A stretch of 64,000 nucleotides of DNA from assembly GCA_017411325.1 (NCBI GenBank), contig JAFQQJ010000040.1, positions 133,659 through 197,658 on the forward strand, read 5' to 3'. The DNA is from Clostridia bacterium (GTDB lineage Bacteria; Bacillota; Clostridia; CAKSNL01; HGM11501). Shown here piece by piece: positions 41,259 to 52,052 of this stretch (positions are counted from its first letter, which is position 1; every line of letters begins with the position of its first letter). The notes beneath the pieces are model-generated. The model did not search any database. It saw only the letters and a program-made list of their open reading frames with translations, and had not been told where the DNA came from. Both the position numbers and the translations under genes were made by a program.

Positions 41259-42581
41259 ATGTTTAACGTAAAGGACTTCGGCGCAAAAGGTGATGGTAAA
41301 ACACTTGATACAAAGGCAGTTCAGGCGGCAATTGATGCCTGCTACGAAAAAGGCGGCGGCAGAGTTTTAATTTCCGGCGGTAATTTTGTTTTAAGCACCG
41401 TCCACATAAGAAGCAATGTTGAAATACACATTGAAAAAGGTGCAACTGTATTGGGCAGCAAAAACCCCGATGATTTTGAGCCTTTGGAATCCGATGCGAC
41501 AAATACGGTTTATCAGGACAGAAGCCACAGTTACTTCCACCACAGCTTATTCCATGCCGATTCCGCTTCGGACATTGCTTTAACCGGACTTGGCAAGATA
41601 GATATGCAATCCATATGGGAGGTTCAGCCGGGCTGGAACAGAGGCTGCAAGATTGTGGCTTTCAAAAACTGTACCAATGTGGTAATCCGCGACCTTACTA
41701 TGAGAAATGCAACAGACCTTGCGGTTTACTTCGCAGGCTGTGAAAATGTAAGAGTTACAGGACTTGATCTTTTAGTTCACATTGACGGCATCAGCCCCGA
41801 TTCCTGTAAAAACGTGGTGATTTCAGACTGTATTATAGATGCCGGAGATGACGGCATCGTACCCAAGAGTTCCTTTACTCTCGGCAAATTCAAGGCCATG
41901 GAAAACCTCTCCATTTCAAACTGTGTGGTAAAAAGCCGCTGCAACGCCATAAAGTTTGGCACCGAGTCCAATACAGCATTTATAAACACTACCATCACAG
42001 GATGTACGATTTACGACACCCGCTATTCGGGCATCGCCCTTGAGTGCATTGACGGTGCTTTAATAGAAGGCTTTTCAGTTTCCAATATTTCTATGAGAAA
42101 CGTGGGAAATCCCTTTATGATTATCGTTATGGACCGTGCAAGGGGCCCCGAGGGCACAACGGTAGGTGAAATCAGAAACATTTCCTTCTCCAACATTACC
42201 GCAACAGGGCCCTATGTAGCCTGGGAAGGTCCCACCTGGAACAACGACTGCCATAACGCAAATGACGTTACTCAGATGCCTGTCACCACCCCTCCCCTCA
42301 TCATAGGACAAAAGGACAGCATCATTAAAAACATTTCCCTTTCAAATATTTTCCTCTCTCTTCCCGGCGGTGGAGAGGAATCCTGGAAGGAAAATCCCGT
42401 TCCGCAGGTACGCCAGGGCTATGCAGAAAGCATACGATACGGAAGAAGGCCACCCGCATTCGGACTTCTTGCAAGAGATGTTGATAACTTAAAGCTTATG
42501 AATGTTGAATTCGTAACCGAGAAGGAAGATGCAAGAGAAGCAATTTACTTAGAAAACGTAACACGATTCAAAAACATATAA
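41259..42581 (+). CDS. glycoside hydrolase family 28 (polygalacturonase-like, right-handed beta-helix)
   Basis: ORF 41223..42581, with the ATG at 41259. The N-terminus is NVKDFGAKGDGKTLDTKAVQAAID. The catalytic region is HIDGISPDS...DAGDDGIVPKS...NAIKFGTE. Confidence 0.8.
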   Translation: MFNVKDFGAKGDGKTLDTKAVQAAIDACYEKGGGRVLISGGNFVLSTVHIRSNVEIHIEKGATVLGSKNPDDFEPLESDATNTVYQDRSHSYFHHSLFHADSASDIALTGLGKIDMQSIWEVQPGWNRGCKIVAFKNCTNVVIRDLTMRNATDLAVYFAGCENVRVTGLDLLVHIDGISPDSCKNVVISDCIIDAGDDGIVPKSSFTLGKFKAMENLSISNCVVKSRCNAIKFGTESNTAFINTTITGCTIYDTRYSGIALECIDGALIEGFSVSNISMRNVGNPFMIIVMDRARGPEGTTVGEIRNISFSNITATGPYVAWEGPTWNNDCHNANDVTQMPVTTPPLIIGQKDSIIKNISLSNIFLSLPGGGEESWKENPVPQVRQGYAESIRYGRRPPAFGLLARDVDNLKLMNVEFVTEKEDAREAIYLENVTRFKNI

Positions 42582-42612
42582 AAAACTGCGGTGCAAAAGC
42601 ACCGCAGTTTTT
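42581..42612 (+). terminator. intrinsic terminator
   Basis: The sequence is aaaaactgcggtgc-aaaa-gcaccgcagtttttt. Confidence 0.75.
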
Positions 42613-42739
42613 TCACACATCTGCATACAAAGCAAACTGTTATAGAGCTTTGCCCGCATCATTCCGAAATCACAGGGCGATGTGGGTATCGCCCCCCTAC
42701 ATTTTTAATCCTGTGGATACATCTGCTTTAACAGCCTTT

Positions 42740-44836
42740 TCAATCGTTAAAATCAAATACTACCTTCTTTTCATTGTCCAGTTTAAGGTATGCATCGAAG
42801 CTTTTTCCGCTCTTCTTTGATACAAAGCCTTCTATTTTATAGGTTTTACCCGTTTCAAGAAGCTTTTTTATGTTGGCTATTGAAATGGTTTTTCCGCAGA
42901 TAGTTCCGCCTATCCTGAAAGTACACCCGTCCTTGTAACCGCGGCAGCCATAGCCGAATCTGTTTCGTATAACATCCTTTCCGCACACAGGGCAAATTCC
43001 TGCCACATCTCCGAAAAATCCGGTGTCGGAGCTTTTTTCGGGAGGTGCGGAATCTTTTTTGAACACTTCCGCGATTTCCGCCTTTGCTATTTCCACACTG
43101 TCGGAAATCTTTATTTCTCCCCTGTATACCTTTTTAAGAGCTTTACCGAGCTCACTGGTTTTGTACTTGTCCATACTGATGTTCATACCGGAAAGTGCTT
43201 CTATGAGAAACTCTCCGCCGGGAAGTATGGTGTAAACATCCTTTTTAAGGGCGATATAACCGCTCTTTTTTGCATTATCTATTATTCCCGTTCTTGTGGC
43301 TTCCGTTCCCAGCTCAAGACCTTCGAAAATTGCACGGTATTCCTCCGCATCGTCCTCTTCCTTAGCTTCCGCAAGATCTTCCTTAAAGGGATTTTTCAGG
43401 TAGTTGTTAAGGGTTTCTATGGTATAGTGCTTTGGCGGCGATGTTTCTTTCTCTGTAAGTATAAATTCCGTATTCACCTCATCGCCCTTCTCCAAAGGAG
43501 GCAGCGTTTTATCCTTTTTCCCGTAGTCGTCGTACTTTGTCCAGCCCGGCTCCTTCATTATAACACCCTTAAGTGTGAAATTTTCGATGTCACCCACCGC
43601 TATTGTAATTTCCGTCTTTTCCACCTTGCATTCGTCCTTGCAGAAAACTGCGGCAAAGCGACGCATAACCGTGCTGTAAACCTTATACTCAGATTCCGAG
43701 AGCTGATCCTTTTTGGGGATTTTATGGGTAGGTGTAAGTGCCGAATGGGATTCGATTTTAGAATCGTCAAATATAGTCTTTTTATCCTTGAATACCAGGT
43801 CATACCCAAGATTGCAGAATGCGGAAATGATGTTTTTAATCTTTCCCGCTTCCGCCTTTGCAAGGTATTCCGAGTTTGTTCTGGGGTAGGTTACATAGCC
43901 TTTTTCATAAAGCCCCTGGAGCACCTTAAGGCTTTCATCCATACTCATTTTATATTTTTTACCAAGGACATTCTGAAGCTTGGTAAGAGAATATAGCTTG
44001 CCCGGTGCAAGGGTGTCCTTTTTTGTTTTCTTTGCGGTAACTATTGCCTTTTCGGAATTAAGCTTATTACAATAGTCGGCACCCTCGGCAAGTTCGTCCT
44101 TCGAAAATTTCTTTTTGCTTAAAAGCTCAATCTCTTCCCCTTTGGTTTCGCACTTGGAAAGGGGGGCATAGTAAATTTCGGGCACAAAATTTTTAATTGC
44201 CATATCGCGGTCGTAAATTGCTTTTACTATGGGTACAATTACCCTTCCCACGCGGAGCAGTGTCCCTGTCTTAAGGGATGCGTAGCGTGTAAGATTCACG
44301 CCGTAAAGCCAGTCGATATAGGTTCTTGCATAGCCCTCAGATGCCAAAAACTCGTATTCAGTTTCGTCCTTCATGGTTTTTAGCCCTTCGGAAATTGTTT
44401 CCTCCGTCTGGTCGGGAAGCCAGAGTCTTTTGAATGCCTTTCCCGAAACGCCTGTTTTATCCACACATATTCTTACGATAATTTCACCCTCGCGGTCGGA
44501 GTCCCCCGCATTTACGATGGTGTCTACATCGCTTCGGTTGCAAAGCATTTTTATGGTTTCAAACTGACTTTTAACCCCGGAATCCACACTTCCTCCCTTA
44601 TCGTGCTTAAGCTTGAAATGGAATTTTTCAGGGAAGCAGGGGATATTTTCCATAGACCATCGTCCGCTTTCCGTAGGCGAATAGTATTCTATATCTGCAA
44701 GGGAAAACAAATGACCGAAAGCCCAGGTCACTATGTAGCCTGCGCCTTCGAAATATCCGCCCTTTTTATTCATTTTTCCGATTGCCGAAACTATGTTTCG
44801 GGCCAGACTCGGCTTTTCTGCAATAATTAATATCAT
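42740..44836 (-). CDS. topB: DNA topoisomerase III (type IA) with C-terminal zinc-ribbons
   Basis: It has the Toprim N-terminus MILIIAEKPSLARNI...WAFGHL and DSDREGE. The active-site region is GYVTYPRTNSEYL. The C-terminal zinc-ribbon region is CPVCGKDV...GCRGYKDGC. Confidence 0.85.
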   Translation of the reverse strand: MILIIAEKPSLARNIVSAIGKMNKKGGYFEGAGYIVTWAFGHLFSLADIEYYSPTESGRWSMENIPCFPEKFHFKLKHDKGGSVDSGVKSQFETIKMLCNRSDVDTIVNAGDSDREGEIIVRICVDKTGVSGKAFKRLWLPDQTEETISEGLKTMKDETEYEFLASEGYARTYIDWLYGVNLTRYASLKTGTLLRVGRVIVPIVKAIYDRDMAIKNFVPEIYYAPLSKCETKGEEIELLSKKKFSKDELAEGADYCNKLNSEKAIVTAKKTKKDTLAPGKLYSLTKLQNVLGKKYKMSMDESLKVLQGLYEKGYVTYPRTNSEYLAKAEAGKIKNIISAFCNLGYDLVFKDKKTIFDDSKIESHSALTPTHKIPKKDQLSESEYKVYSTVMRRFAAVFCKDECKVEKTEITIAVGDIENFTLKGVIMKEPGWTKYDDYGKKDKTLPPLEKGDEVNTEFILTEKETSPPKHYTIETLNNYLKNPFKEDLAEAKEEDDAEEYRAIFEGLELGTEATRTGIIDNAKKSGYIALKKDVYTILPGGEFLIEALSGMNISMDKYKTSELGKALKKVYRGEIKISDSVEIAKAEIAEVFKKDSAPPEKSSDTGFFGDVAGICPVCGKDVIRNRFGYGCRGYKDGCTFRIGGTICGKTISIANIKKLLETGKTYKIEGFVSKKSGKSFDAYLKLDNEKKVVFDFND

Positions 44837-44856
44837 ATTTTCACCGCATTTTTATA

Positions 44857-44886
44857 AAAAGGCTGCAAACATTGTTTACAGCCTTT
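44857..44886 (-). terminator. intrinsic terminator of the amino-acid ABC operon
   Basis: On the minus strand, aaaggctgtaaac-aatg-tttgcagccttt is followed by ttat. Confidence 0.5.
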
Positions 44887-44890
44887 ACTC

Positions 44891-45613
44891 TTAAAGTACC
44901 TTACTTAAAAACGATTTTGTTCTTTCATTTTTAGGATTTGAAAAAATTTCTTCAGGAGTTCCCTCTTCCATAACTACTCCCTCGTCGATGAATAAAACTC
45001 TGTCGGCAACTTCCTTTGCAAAGCCCATTTCGTGGGTAACAACAGCCATTGTCATACCTTCTTTTGCAAGCTCCTTCATAACCTGAAGTACCTCCCCTAC
45101 CATTTCGGGATCAAGAGCACTTGTGGGCTCGTCAAAAAGCATAACCTCGGGATTCATTGCAAGAGCACGGGCAATTGCAACTCTCTGCTGCTGTCCGCCT
45201 GAAAGCTGACCGGGGTATGCATCTGCCTTTTCGGGAAGACCAACCCTTTCAAGGAGGGCAATTGCTTTTTTCTCAGCTTCTGCCTCACTCATAAGCTTAA
45301 GCTTTACCGGAGCCAGCATAATATTTTTCTTTACAGACATATGGGGAAACAGATTGAACTGCTGGAAAACCATTCCCATTTTCTGACGAAGCTTATTAAT
45401 ATCGGTCTTCGGATTGGTGATATCCTCTTCCTTGAAGAAAATATTACCGTCTGTCGGCTGCTCAAGAAGATTTAAGCAACGTAAAAACGTAGATTTACCG
45501 CTTCCGGAGGGGCCTATTATACATACAACCTCGCCCTTTTTTATATGCTGGTCGATGCCGTTTAATACAACGTGGTCGCCGAAGGCTTTTTTAAGTCCTT
45601 TAACGTTTATCAC
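44891..45613 (-). CDS. amino-acid ABC transporter ATP-binding protein (GlnQ-like)
   Basis: ORF 44891..45634 begins at TTG. The GTG at 45613 lies 9 nt after AAAGGAGG. It has Walker [10 protein letters not shown], the signature LSGGQQQR and Walker [12 protein letters not shown]. Confidence 0.9.
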   Translation of the reverse strand: MINVKGLKKAFGDHVVLNGIDQHIKKGEVVCIIGPSGSGKSTFLRCLNLLEQPTDGNIFFKEEDITNPKTDINKLRQKMGMVFQQFNLFPHMSVKKNIMLAPVKLKLMSEAEAEKKAIALLERVGLPEKADAYPGQLSGGQQQRVAIARALAMNPEVMLFDEPTSALDPEMVGEVLQVMKELAKEGMTMAVVTHEMGFAKEVADRVLFIDEGVVMEEGTPEEIFSNPKNERTKSFLSKVL

Positions 45614-46382
45614 TCTGACGCAGCCTCCTTTCAAGAATTCCGAGAAGTTTGGTTAAAATAACAACCAATACAAGATATATAAGCGCAAGGCTTATATACG
45701 GAATTGTCGCAGTATATGTCTTACTAACAATTACCTGCGCCGCCTTGGTTACATCCTGCAGGGCAATAACCGTAACAAGCGATGTTTCCTTAAGAAGTGC
45801 AATAAGCTCATTTCCCAAAGCCGGAAGAATATTCTTAAATGCCTGAGGTATTATTATGTAGCACATTGTCTGCCAGTAATTAAGACCAAGGCTTCTTCCA
45901 GCCTCTGTCTGTCCCTGAGAGATAGACATGATACCGGAACGTGCAATTTCAGCAACATATGCACCTGAATTGATACCCAAGGTAATAACCGCACAGAGAT
46001 TTGTTTCAAAGTTGCCTTTGGGAACCATAATTACGAATCCCATGATAAGAAGCTGAACCATCAAAGGTGTACCTCTTAATACCGTGACATATATTTTACA
46101 TATTGAATTTAAAATACGGAGGAAAATATTAGGTTTTTTTCGCATGCTGTCGCATGAAGAACGTATGATTGCAACAATCATACCTATAATAACACCCAAT
46201 ATAAGTGCACCGATAGTTACAACAAAAGTTGTTACTAAACCGTCGGTGAAAAACTTCCAGCGGTTTTCATAAATAAAAACCTGATAAAACTGAAAGATTA
46301 TGCGCTGCAAATTTTCAGGCAGGGACAAAATCCATCCGGTTTCCATGCCTTCAATCCATTTTGCAAATGTAAGTACATTCAT
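45600..46382 (-). CDS. amino-acid ABC transporter permease (His/Glu/Gln/Arg family)
   Basis: 260 aa and polytopic, with the conserved loop [24 protein letters not shown]. Confidence 0.85.
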   Translation of the reverse strand: MNVLTFAKWIEGMETGWILSLPENLQRIIFQFYQVFIYENRWKFFTDGLVTTFVVTIGALILGVIIGMIVAIIRSSCDSMRKKPNIFLRILNSICKIYVTVLRGTPLMVQLLIMGFVIMVPKGNFETNLCAVITLGINSGAYVAEIARSGIMSISQGQTEAGRSLGLNYWQTMCYIIIPQAFKNILPALGNELIALLKETSLVTVIALQDVTKAAQVIVSKTYTATIPYISLALIYLVLVVILTKLLGILERRLRQSDKR

Positions 46383-46476
46383 TTGCTATACTCCTTTCGG
46401 GCCTTTTTTACACTTTTAAGGGGACGATGCTTGATTAAACACCGTCCCCTATCAGGCTTAATTACATAAAGCCGAA

Positions 46477-47232
46477 TTATTCAGCCTTGATGTACTTTCC
46501 GATGATTGCATCGATTGTGCCGTCAGCCTGAAGCTCAGCTAAAGCTGCATTGAAAGCCTCGAGAAGCTCTGTGTTTTCCTTAGCGATTGCTGCAGCATAG
46601 TTTTCTGTGATGTACTCAGTTTCAAGAATCTTGAGACCTTCGTTAGCTTCAACGAATGCCTTTGCGGGCTCGTTGTCGATAACTACGCAGTCAACCTGTC
46701 CGTTCTGGAGAGCCTGAACAGCGATTGCACCGTTGTCATAGCGTGCGATAGCTTCTTCGCCATAGTCACCTGAGCAGTAGATGTCGCCTGTTGTACCGGT
46801 CTGAACACCGATCTTCTTGCCTGCAAGGTCTTCGATTGTTGCGATTTCAGAATCTTCTGTTACGATAACAACCTGGATACCTGTTGCATAGGACTCAGAG
46901 AAGTTAACAGCTTCCATTCTTTCTTCTGTTACAGTCATACCTGCAAGTACAACGTCAACTGCACCGGAAGATACTGCTGTGATAAGAGAATCGAAAGCCA
47001 TGTCCTTGATTTCAAGAGTCATGCCCATCTTTTCAGCAATTGCAGCTGCGATTTCAGCATCGATACCTATGATAGCGCCGTTTTCGTCAACCATTTCATA
47101 GGGAGGGAATGCTGCGTTTGTTCCCATTGTAAGAACCTTTACTTCTGTGTTTTCCTCTACTGCTTCTTCGCCGCATCCGCAGAATGCGAATACCATAAGA
47201 AGAGCAAGCATGAGTGCCAATAACTTTTTCAT
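46477..47232 (-). CDS. amino-acid ABC transporter substrate-binding lipoprotein (SBP family 3)
   Basis: ORF 46477..47247. The ATG at 47232 follows GGAGG. It has the lipobox LMVFAFCGC and the family-3 pattern TNAAFPPYE...DAEIAAAIA. Confidence 0.85.
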   Translation of the reverse strand: MKKLLALMLALLMVFAFCGCGEEAVEENTEVKVLTMGTNAAFPPYEMVDENGAIIGIDAEIAAAIAEKMGMTLEIKDMAFDSLITAVSSGAVDVVLAGMTVTEERMEAVNFSESYATGIQVVIVTEDSEIATIEDLAGKKIGVQTGTTGDIYCSGDYGEEAIARYDNGAIAVQALQNGQVDCVVIDNEPAKAFVEANEGLKILETEYITENYAAAIAKENTELLEAFNAALAELQADGTIDAIIGKYIKAE

Positions 47233-47378
47233 AAATATTACCTCCAATATTTTAATCGTCCTCTATTATACCACCGGATTTATTTTTATGCAAGCTTTTT
47301 TTATAAAAATAAATAAACAGATGGGAAATTATGTTCTTTTTGACCATCAAATCTGTATTTTCAATATTTTTTAGTGCA

Positions 47379-49184
47379 TTATGCCAAATTAATCCAAACT
47401 TTCATATCGCTTTTGCCTCTGTTTGCAAAGCAATTATAAGGAATGAATTCCATATCGATATCCTCTTTATTGAAGTTTAAAGGCGAATAAAGCTTTCCGT
47501 CTCCTGTTTTTCTTGCTCCTTTTGCCTTTATTCTGTAAAGACCGAAACCTTCATCATATTCTGTCTCAAACGAAGCGTCTGAATTTAGACTTAGCTCAAA
47601 TATATCTTTGTTGTCAATGCCTTCTATGCAGTAAACCAGAGGGCCCATGTTGAGTGCCGCTTTCCCGTAATTATCACGCACGCGAGGGTCTGCTCCAATT
47701 AAAACAGGCTTCATCTCCATGTTTATTTCAGCACATCCTCCGTCAAATACCGCATATCCCTTCTCTTCCTTAAAGGAAACATCGGAAGTAAAATTCGTGC
47801 ACCAGGAGGGAATTCTTACACAAAGCCTTTCGGCATTACTTTCTATTATGACCTTGCCGTCATTAGGATAATCGGTTTTCTGCTTCACCCAAAGACCGTT
47901 TTCTTCGCCGCGACTTTCGGCAAACTGATTTACATATAACGTGTCATTCTCATATCCGTAAATCATTCCTCCAATGGAAGCAAGAACTCTGTTAATGTTA
48001 GGCGGACAACAGGAACAGTCGAATATTTTCTTACGTTGTGTAATAGGAAGCCACTCTGCTTCCTTGACGGAAACATCTTTTCCGTGATGTGAAAGGTTTA
48101 TTTCAAGAGGATTTGTATAAAAGAAGTCATCTCCTCCTATGCCGAGCCCCGCCATCATTCCGTTATACAATGCACGTTCCGCCACATCGGCATATGAAGC
48201 ATCGTTTTTAAGTGCCGTCATACGGTTTGCAAAAAATGCAAAGCCAATTGATGCGCAGGTTTCCGCATAGGCACGCTCGTTTGGCAGGTCATAAGGTACC
48301 GTAAATGCTTCCCCCAGATGGCTTGATCCGATAGCTCCGGTTATATACATTTTCTTATTCACGATATCAGAAAAGAGTTTTTCGCAGGCAGCTTCAAGCT
48401 CTTCATCTCCGGCTATCTTTGCAACATCAGCCATTGCAGAATAGAGATATGTTGCCCTTACGGCATGGCCTTCCGCCGTATGTTGCTCCCTTACGGGAAT
48501 ATGGCTCTGGGAATAGAGTCCTACGCCAACGATGCCCCATCTGTCTCCGTAATCTTTTCTATCTGTGCCCCTTTTATCAAGGAAAAATCTTGCCATACGG
48601 AGATATTTTTCCTTCCCCGTGGTTTTATACATTTTCACAAGTGCAAGTTCTATCTCTTCGTGCCCCGGCGTTGCAAAGGCAGCACTTTCTTCTTTTATGA
48701 ATACCCTTTCTATAAGGTCGGCATAGCGTTCCATCGCTCTTAGAAATCTGTCTTTTCCTGTCGCTTCGTAATATGCACAGGCTGCCTCCATTAAGTGTCC
48801 CGCACAGTAAAGCTCATGCATGTTTCTGTCGGCAAAGCGTCCGCCGATTTTCCCGGGATACTGATAAAAAGAGTTAAAATATCCGTCTTCCATCTGATTA
48901 TTTACTATCCCGTCAACAAGATATTCCATCCGCTCCGTAAATTCATTATGTCCTTTCCCGATGAAATAAGATGCCGCTTCCATCCACTTTGCCACATCCG
49001 AATCCCAAAAGTGATGCACGGTAAAATTTTCGTCCACCTTGTAGTCAAAGGTGACAGCCTTAATTCTTCCGGTCTCCGAAAAGCGGTTCCACACCGCTTC
49101 CATTGTGATTTTCCGATTTACTTCTTCTTTGTTTTTCCAGTAGCCTCCCGCTAAATTAACATTTTTATTTTCCATAAACTTCAT
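47379..49184 (-). CDS. glycoside hydrolase family 127 (beta-L-arabinofuranosidase-like, DUF1680)
   Basis: The N-terminus is LAGGYWKNKEEVNRKITMEAVWNRFSETGRIKA. It carries the Zn/Cys catalytic motifs AETCASIG and CSCCPPN characteristic of GH127. Confidence 0.8.
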   Translation of the reverse strand: MKFMENKNVNLAGGYWKNKEEVNRKITMEAVWNRFSETGRIKAVTFDYKVDENFTVHHFWDSDVAKWMEAASYFIGKGHNEFTERMEYLVDGIVNNQMEDGYFNSFYQYPGKIGGRFADRNMHELYCAGHLMEAACAYYEATGKDRFLRAMERYADLIERVFIKEESAAFATPGHEEIELALVKMYKTTGKEKYLRMARFFLDKRGTDRKDYGDRWGIVGVGLYSQSHIPVREQHTAEGHAVRATYLYSAMADVAKIAGDEELEAACEKLFSDIVNKKMYITGAIGSSHLGEAFTVPYDLPNERAYAETCASIGFAFFANRMTALKNDASYADVAERALYNGMMAGLGIGGDDFFYTNPLEINLSHHGKDVSVKEAEWLPITQRKKIFDCSCCPPNINRVLASIGGMIYGYENDTLYVNQFAESRGEENGLWVKQKTDYPNDGKVIIESNAERLCVRIPSWCTNFTSDVSFKEEKGYAVFDGGCAEINMEMKPVLIGADPRVRDNYGKAALNMGPLVYCIEGIDNKDIFELSLNSDASFETEYDEGFGLYRIKAKGARKTGDGKLYSPLNFNKEDIDMEFIPYNCFANRGKSDMKVWINLA

Positions 49185-49286
49185 AGCAAATTCTCCTTGT
49201 TTGTTGACTTTCCACTGTTTTTATTATATAATCCTTTTGCAATCAAGGCAATATCCAAAAATCGAGAAAAGGTGTGAAAAAATGAC

Positions 49287-50033
49287 ATGAATTTCAAATA
49301 TATGGGGTTATTTGATTCTGAAGAAATCTGGATTCATCCCGAAAGAACAGAACCCACATATGAACTTATCTATAATTTGAAAAACGATATATTTTTAGAA
49401 GAAGACGGTGTTTTTCATACAATAAAAAAAGGCGAGGTAATTATACTGAAACCCGGAATAATGCATAGGGGATTTAAAAAATCTGTTTCTCCCGTATCCT
49501 TTTACTGGCTTCACTTCACGCTTGAAGAGGAAAAAGCGGACTTCCCGTTTTTTAATGAGAACTTTTCCTCTCCTCATCTGTTTCGCGAGCTTATGCATTA
49601 CAGCCTTGTCCCCGATGGCAATCAGAAACTGAAAAACGCTGTACTTTCTCACATTTTAGCCCTTATGACCTATGAAAACAGTGCAAATTTCATCCCCGGT
49701 GCAGCAAGAGAAGCCTTTTCTTATATAAGAGCAAATGCCTCAATCAACCTCACTGCATCAAAAGTTGCAGAGCATTTTTCATACAGCAGTGAGCATCTTT
49801 CCAGAATTATGAAAAAGCACTACGGGTGTTCTCTCAAAGCTCTGATTGACTCCGCCGTAATAAATGCCGCTAAAAGCCTTATTTCAAACACAAATATGTC
49901 TATCAAGGAAATTTCGGCACACCTTAAATTTCCCAACTCCAACGCTTTTATAAACTTTTTCAAATATCACGAAAAAATATCCCCTGCCGCATTCAGAAAG
50001 CAATTCACATATATACATATCAACAGTCGCTGA
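49287..50033 (+). CDS. AraC-family transcriptional regulator
   Basis: It has a cupin N-terminus and C-terminal HTH_AraC motifs (LTASKVAEHFSYSSEHLSRIMKK...FPNSNAFINFFKYHEKISP). It is divergent from the GH127 gene. Confidence 0.85.
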   Translation: MNFKYMGLFDSEEIWIHPERTEPTYELIYNLKNDIFLEEDGVFHTIKKGEVIILKPGIMHRGFKKSVSPVSFYWLHFTLEEEKADFPFFNENFSSPHLFRELMHYSLVPDGNQKLKNAVLSHILALMTYENSANFIPGAAREAFSYIRANASINLTASKVAEHFSYSSEHLSRIMKKHYGCSLKALIDSAVINAAKSLISNTNMSIKEISAHLKFPNSNAFINFFKYHEKISPAAFRKQFTYIHINSR

Positions 50034-50086
50034 AAGTTATATCAAAGACCATTTAACAATTATATTATTTTTATATAAAATAACTG

Positions 50087-50115
50087 TTTACAACTTTATT
50101 TTTTTTTGCTATAAT
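50087..50115 (+). promoter_or_regulatory. sigma-A-type promoter
   Basis: TTTACA, a 17-nt spacer, then TATAAT, upstream of the VanW-like gene. Confidence 0.5.
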
Positions 50116-50178
50116 ATAAGGTAGCAAAATTTAAGCTGACTATAATTATTTATATATCACGAAAGGGTTGAGCCACAT

Positions 50179-51981
50179 ATGTCATTATCAGCATCAGCAA
50201 AAAGCAGCAAAGGAATGCTTGCTCTGATTATATTTTCCGTTATACTGGTCGTGTTAGTCGCCGCAATTGCAGCAATAACCATTGTATCTTCAGGAAGTGA
50301 CACTATTTTAAACGGCGTTACGGTGGGAGGAATAGATCTTTCCGGTCTTACCGCAGATGAAGCTGAAGGCGTTCTTCTTTCCCGTATAAACGAAGTGAAG
50401 GACGAAAAAATAACAATTAAGGCAGGCTCTGATGTTTTGGAAGCTGCCTACTCCGAGTTCGGAGCCGATTATGATTGCCGTCTTTCAGCAGAAAACGCAT
50501 ACAGATACGGACACGAAGGCTTCTTTTCTTCAATAATTCCTTCCGTCAAATCATTTTTCGGTATTGAAGCAAAGCAGGATCTTGCCGTTTACATCAACAG
50601 CCGTGTTTTCGACGAAACAATGTCTTCTTTTACAGAATACGATAATTCCGTTCAGGCAACCTATGAGCTTACAGAGGACGCCATAATTGTTACCAACGGA
50701 AAAAGCGCACATACAATCAATCCTGTAACGGCACGCGAAACTCTTGCCGAAGCGATGAAGAATCTGGACTTTTCTTCCGTTACTTTTGAAATTGAATATA
50801 TCGATCCCATCCCCCTTGATATTGAGTTTCTCTCAGAAAAGTATTCGGAGGAAGCAGTTTCCGCAACCTACTACCGTGATTCCGAAGGAAACATCAAGGT
50901 AACAGACGGAAACGATAAGATAACCGTTGATTTAACCCGTGCGACGGAACTTATTGCACAGCACTCCGCTCCCGGAGAGACATTCAGAATTCCCGCAACG
51001 GTGGAATTTGCAAAATACACAAGGGATGAGCTTGAAGAAGCTCTCTTCCGCGATGTTCTGGGAACATATACCACAAGCTATTCATCAAGTAATGCCAACA
51101 GAAGCCACAATGTTGCTCTTGCCGCATCCAGCTGTAACGAAAAAATACTTCTTCCCGGCGAAATCTTCTCCTATAACGAGACTCTCGGAAGACGTACCGC
51201 AGAAGCAGGCTATAAAATGGCAGGTGCTTACCTTAACGGTGAAACCGTTCAGGAATACGGCGGCGGTATATGCCAGGTTTCTTCAACCCTTTATATCTCA
51301 GTTCTCAAAGCCAACCTTAAAATTGAGGAAAGACTTTGTCATATGTTCCGCGTTGCCTATGTTCCTATGGGACTTGACGCTACTGTTGACTACGGAACTG
51401 TTGACTTTAAGTTCTCCAACGACACAGACTTCCCCATTAAAGTTGTTGCATACACAACCCCCTCCAAGCAGGTTACATGTGAGATAGTTGGAACTAAAGC
51501 CGAAAACTTTGAGGTTTCATTTGAAACCACCGGCGTTTCCGCAGTTCCCTTCCCCACAGAAATAATCGAAGATCCCACTCTTCCCCTCGGCGAAGAGGTT
51601 ATTGAAGAAAAGGGCTCAGACGGTTCAAGATGCACAACCTACAGAATAGTCAAAGTAGACGGAGAAGTAAAATCAAGGACACAGGAATCTACAAGCTACT
51701 ATATGCCTCACAAGGAGGTTAAGCGCGTAGGAACAAATGCTGAACTTCTTCCTGCTGAAGGCACCGATCCCAACGCACCCGTAACAGAAGCACCCGAAGC
51801 GGGCACTCCCGCAGTAAGCACACCTTCGGCTGTAACTCCTGTCGCTCCCGAGGCAAGTACTCCCGCTGTTTCCGAAACACCCGCAGTTCCTGAAGCAAGC
51901 ACTCCCGCTGTTTCCGAAACACCCGCAGTTCCTGAGGTAAGTGCTCCTGTCACAGAAGCACCCCCGGTATCTGAATTATAA
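50179..51981 (+). CDS. VanW-family protein with a G5-like domain and a Pro/Thr/Ala-rich C-terminal tail
   Basis: It has an N-terminal TM segment and the VanW core (LLPGEIFSYNETLGRRTAEAGYKMAGAYLNG...GGGICQVSSTLY). The G5-like part is EEKGSDGSRCTTYRIVKVDGE. The tail carries EASTPAVSETPAVP twice. Confidence 0.75.
   Translation: MSLSASAKSSKGMLALIIFSVILVVLVAAIAAITIVSSGSDTILNGVTVGGIDLSGLTADEAEGVLLSRINEVKDEKITIKAGSDVLEAAYSEFGADYDCRLSAENAYRYGHEGFFSSIIPSVKSFFGIEAKQDLAVYINSRVFDETMSSFTEYDNSVQATYELTEDAIIVTNGKSAHTINPVTARETLAEAMKNLDFSSVTFEIEYIDPIPLDIEFLSEKYSEEAVSATYYRDSEGNIKVTDGNDKITVDLTRATELIAQHSAPGETFRIPATVEFAKYTRDELEEALFRDVLGTYTTSYSSSNANRSHNVALAASSCNEKILLPGEIFSYNETLGRRTAEAGYKMAGAYLNGETVQEYGGGICQVSSTLYISVLKANLKIEERLCHMFRVAYVPMGLDATVDYGTVDFKFSNDTDFPIKVVAYTTPSKQVTCEIVGTKAENFEVSFETTGVSAVPFPTEIIEDPTLPLGEEVIEEKGSDGSRCTTYRIVKVDGEVKSRTQESTSYYMPHKEVKRVGTNAELLPAEGTDPNAPVTEAPEAGTPAVSTPSAVTPVAPEASTPAVSETPAVPEASTPAVSETPAVPEVSAPVTEAPPVSEL
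51850..51933 (+). repeat. 42-bp in-frame tandem repeat x2 inside the VanW-like gene
   Basis: The unit ga(g/a)gcaag(t/c)actcccgctgtttccgaaacacccgcagttcct is repeated head to tail. Confidence 0.85.
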
Positions 51982-52052
51982 AACCAAGGGCGGATTTTAT
52001 CCGCCCGTTAAGCTTTTTATATCCCATAAAATTAACGAAAGAGGTATAAATT

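Noticed and set aside
42740-44836. I considered topoisomerase III as a marker of an integrative conjugative element or prophage.
   Set aside because: The flanking genes are a GH28 enzyme and an amino-acid ABC importer. No relaxase, coupling protein, integrase or phage genes are nearby, so I treat it as a chromosomal topB.
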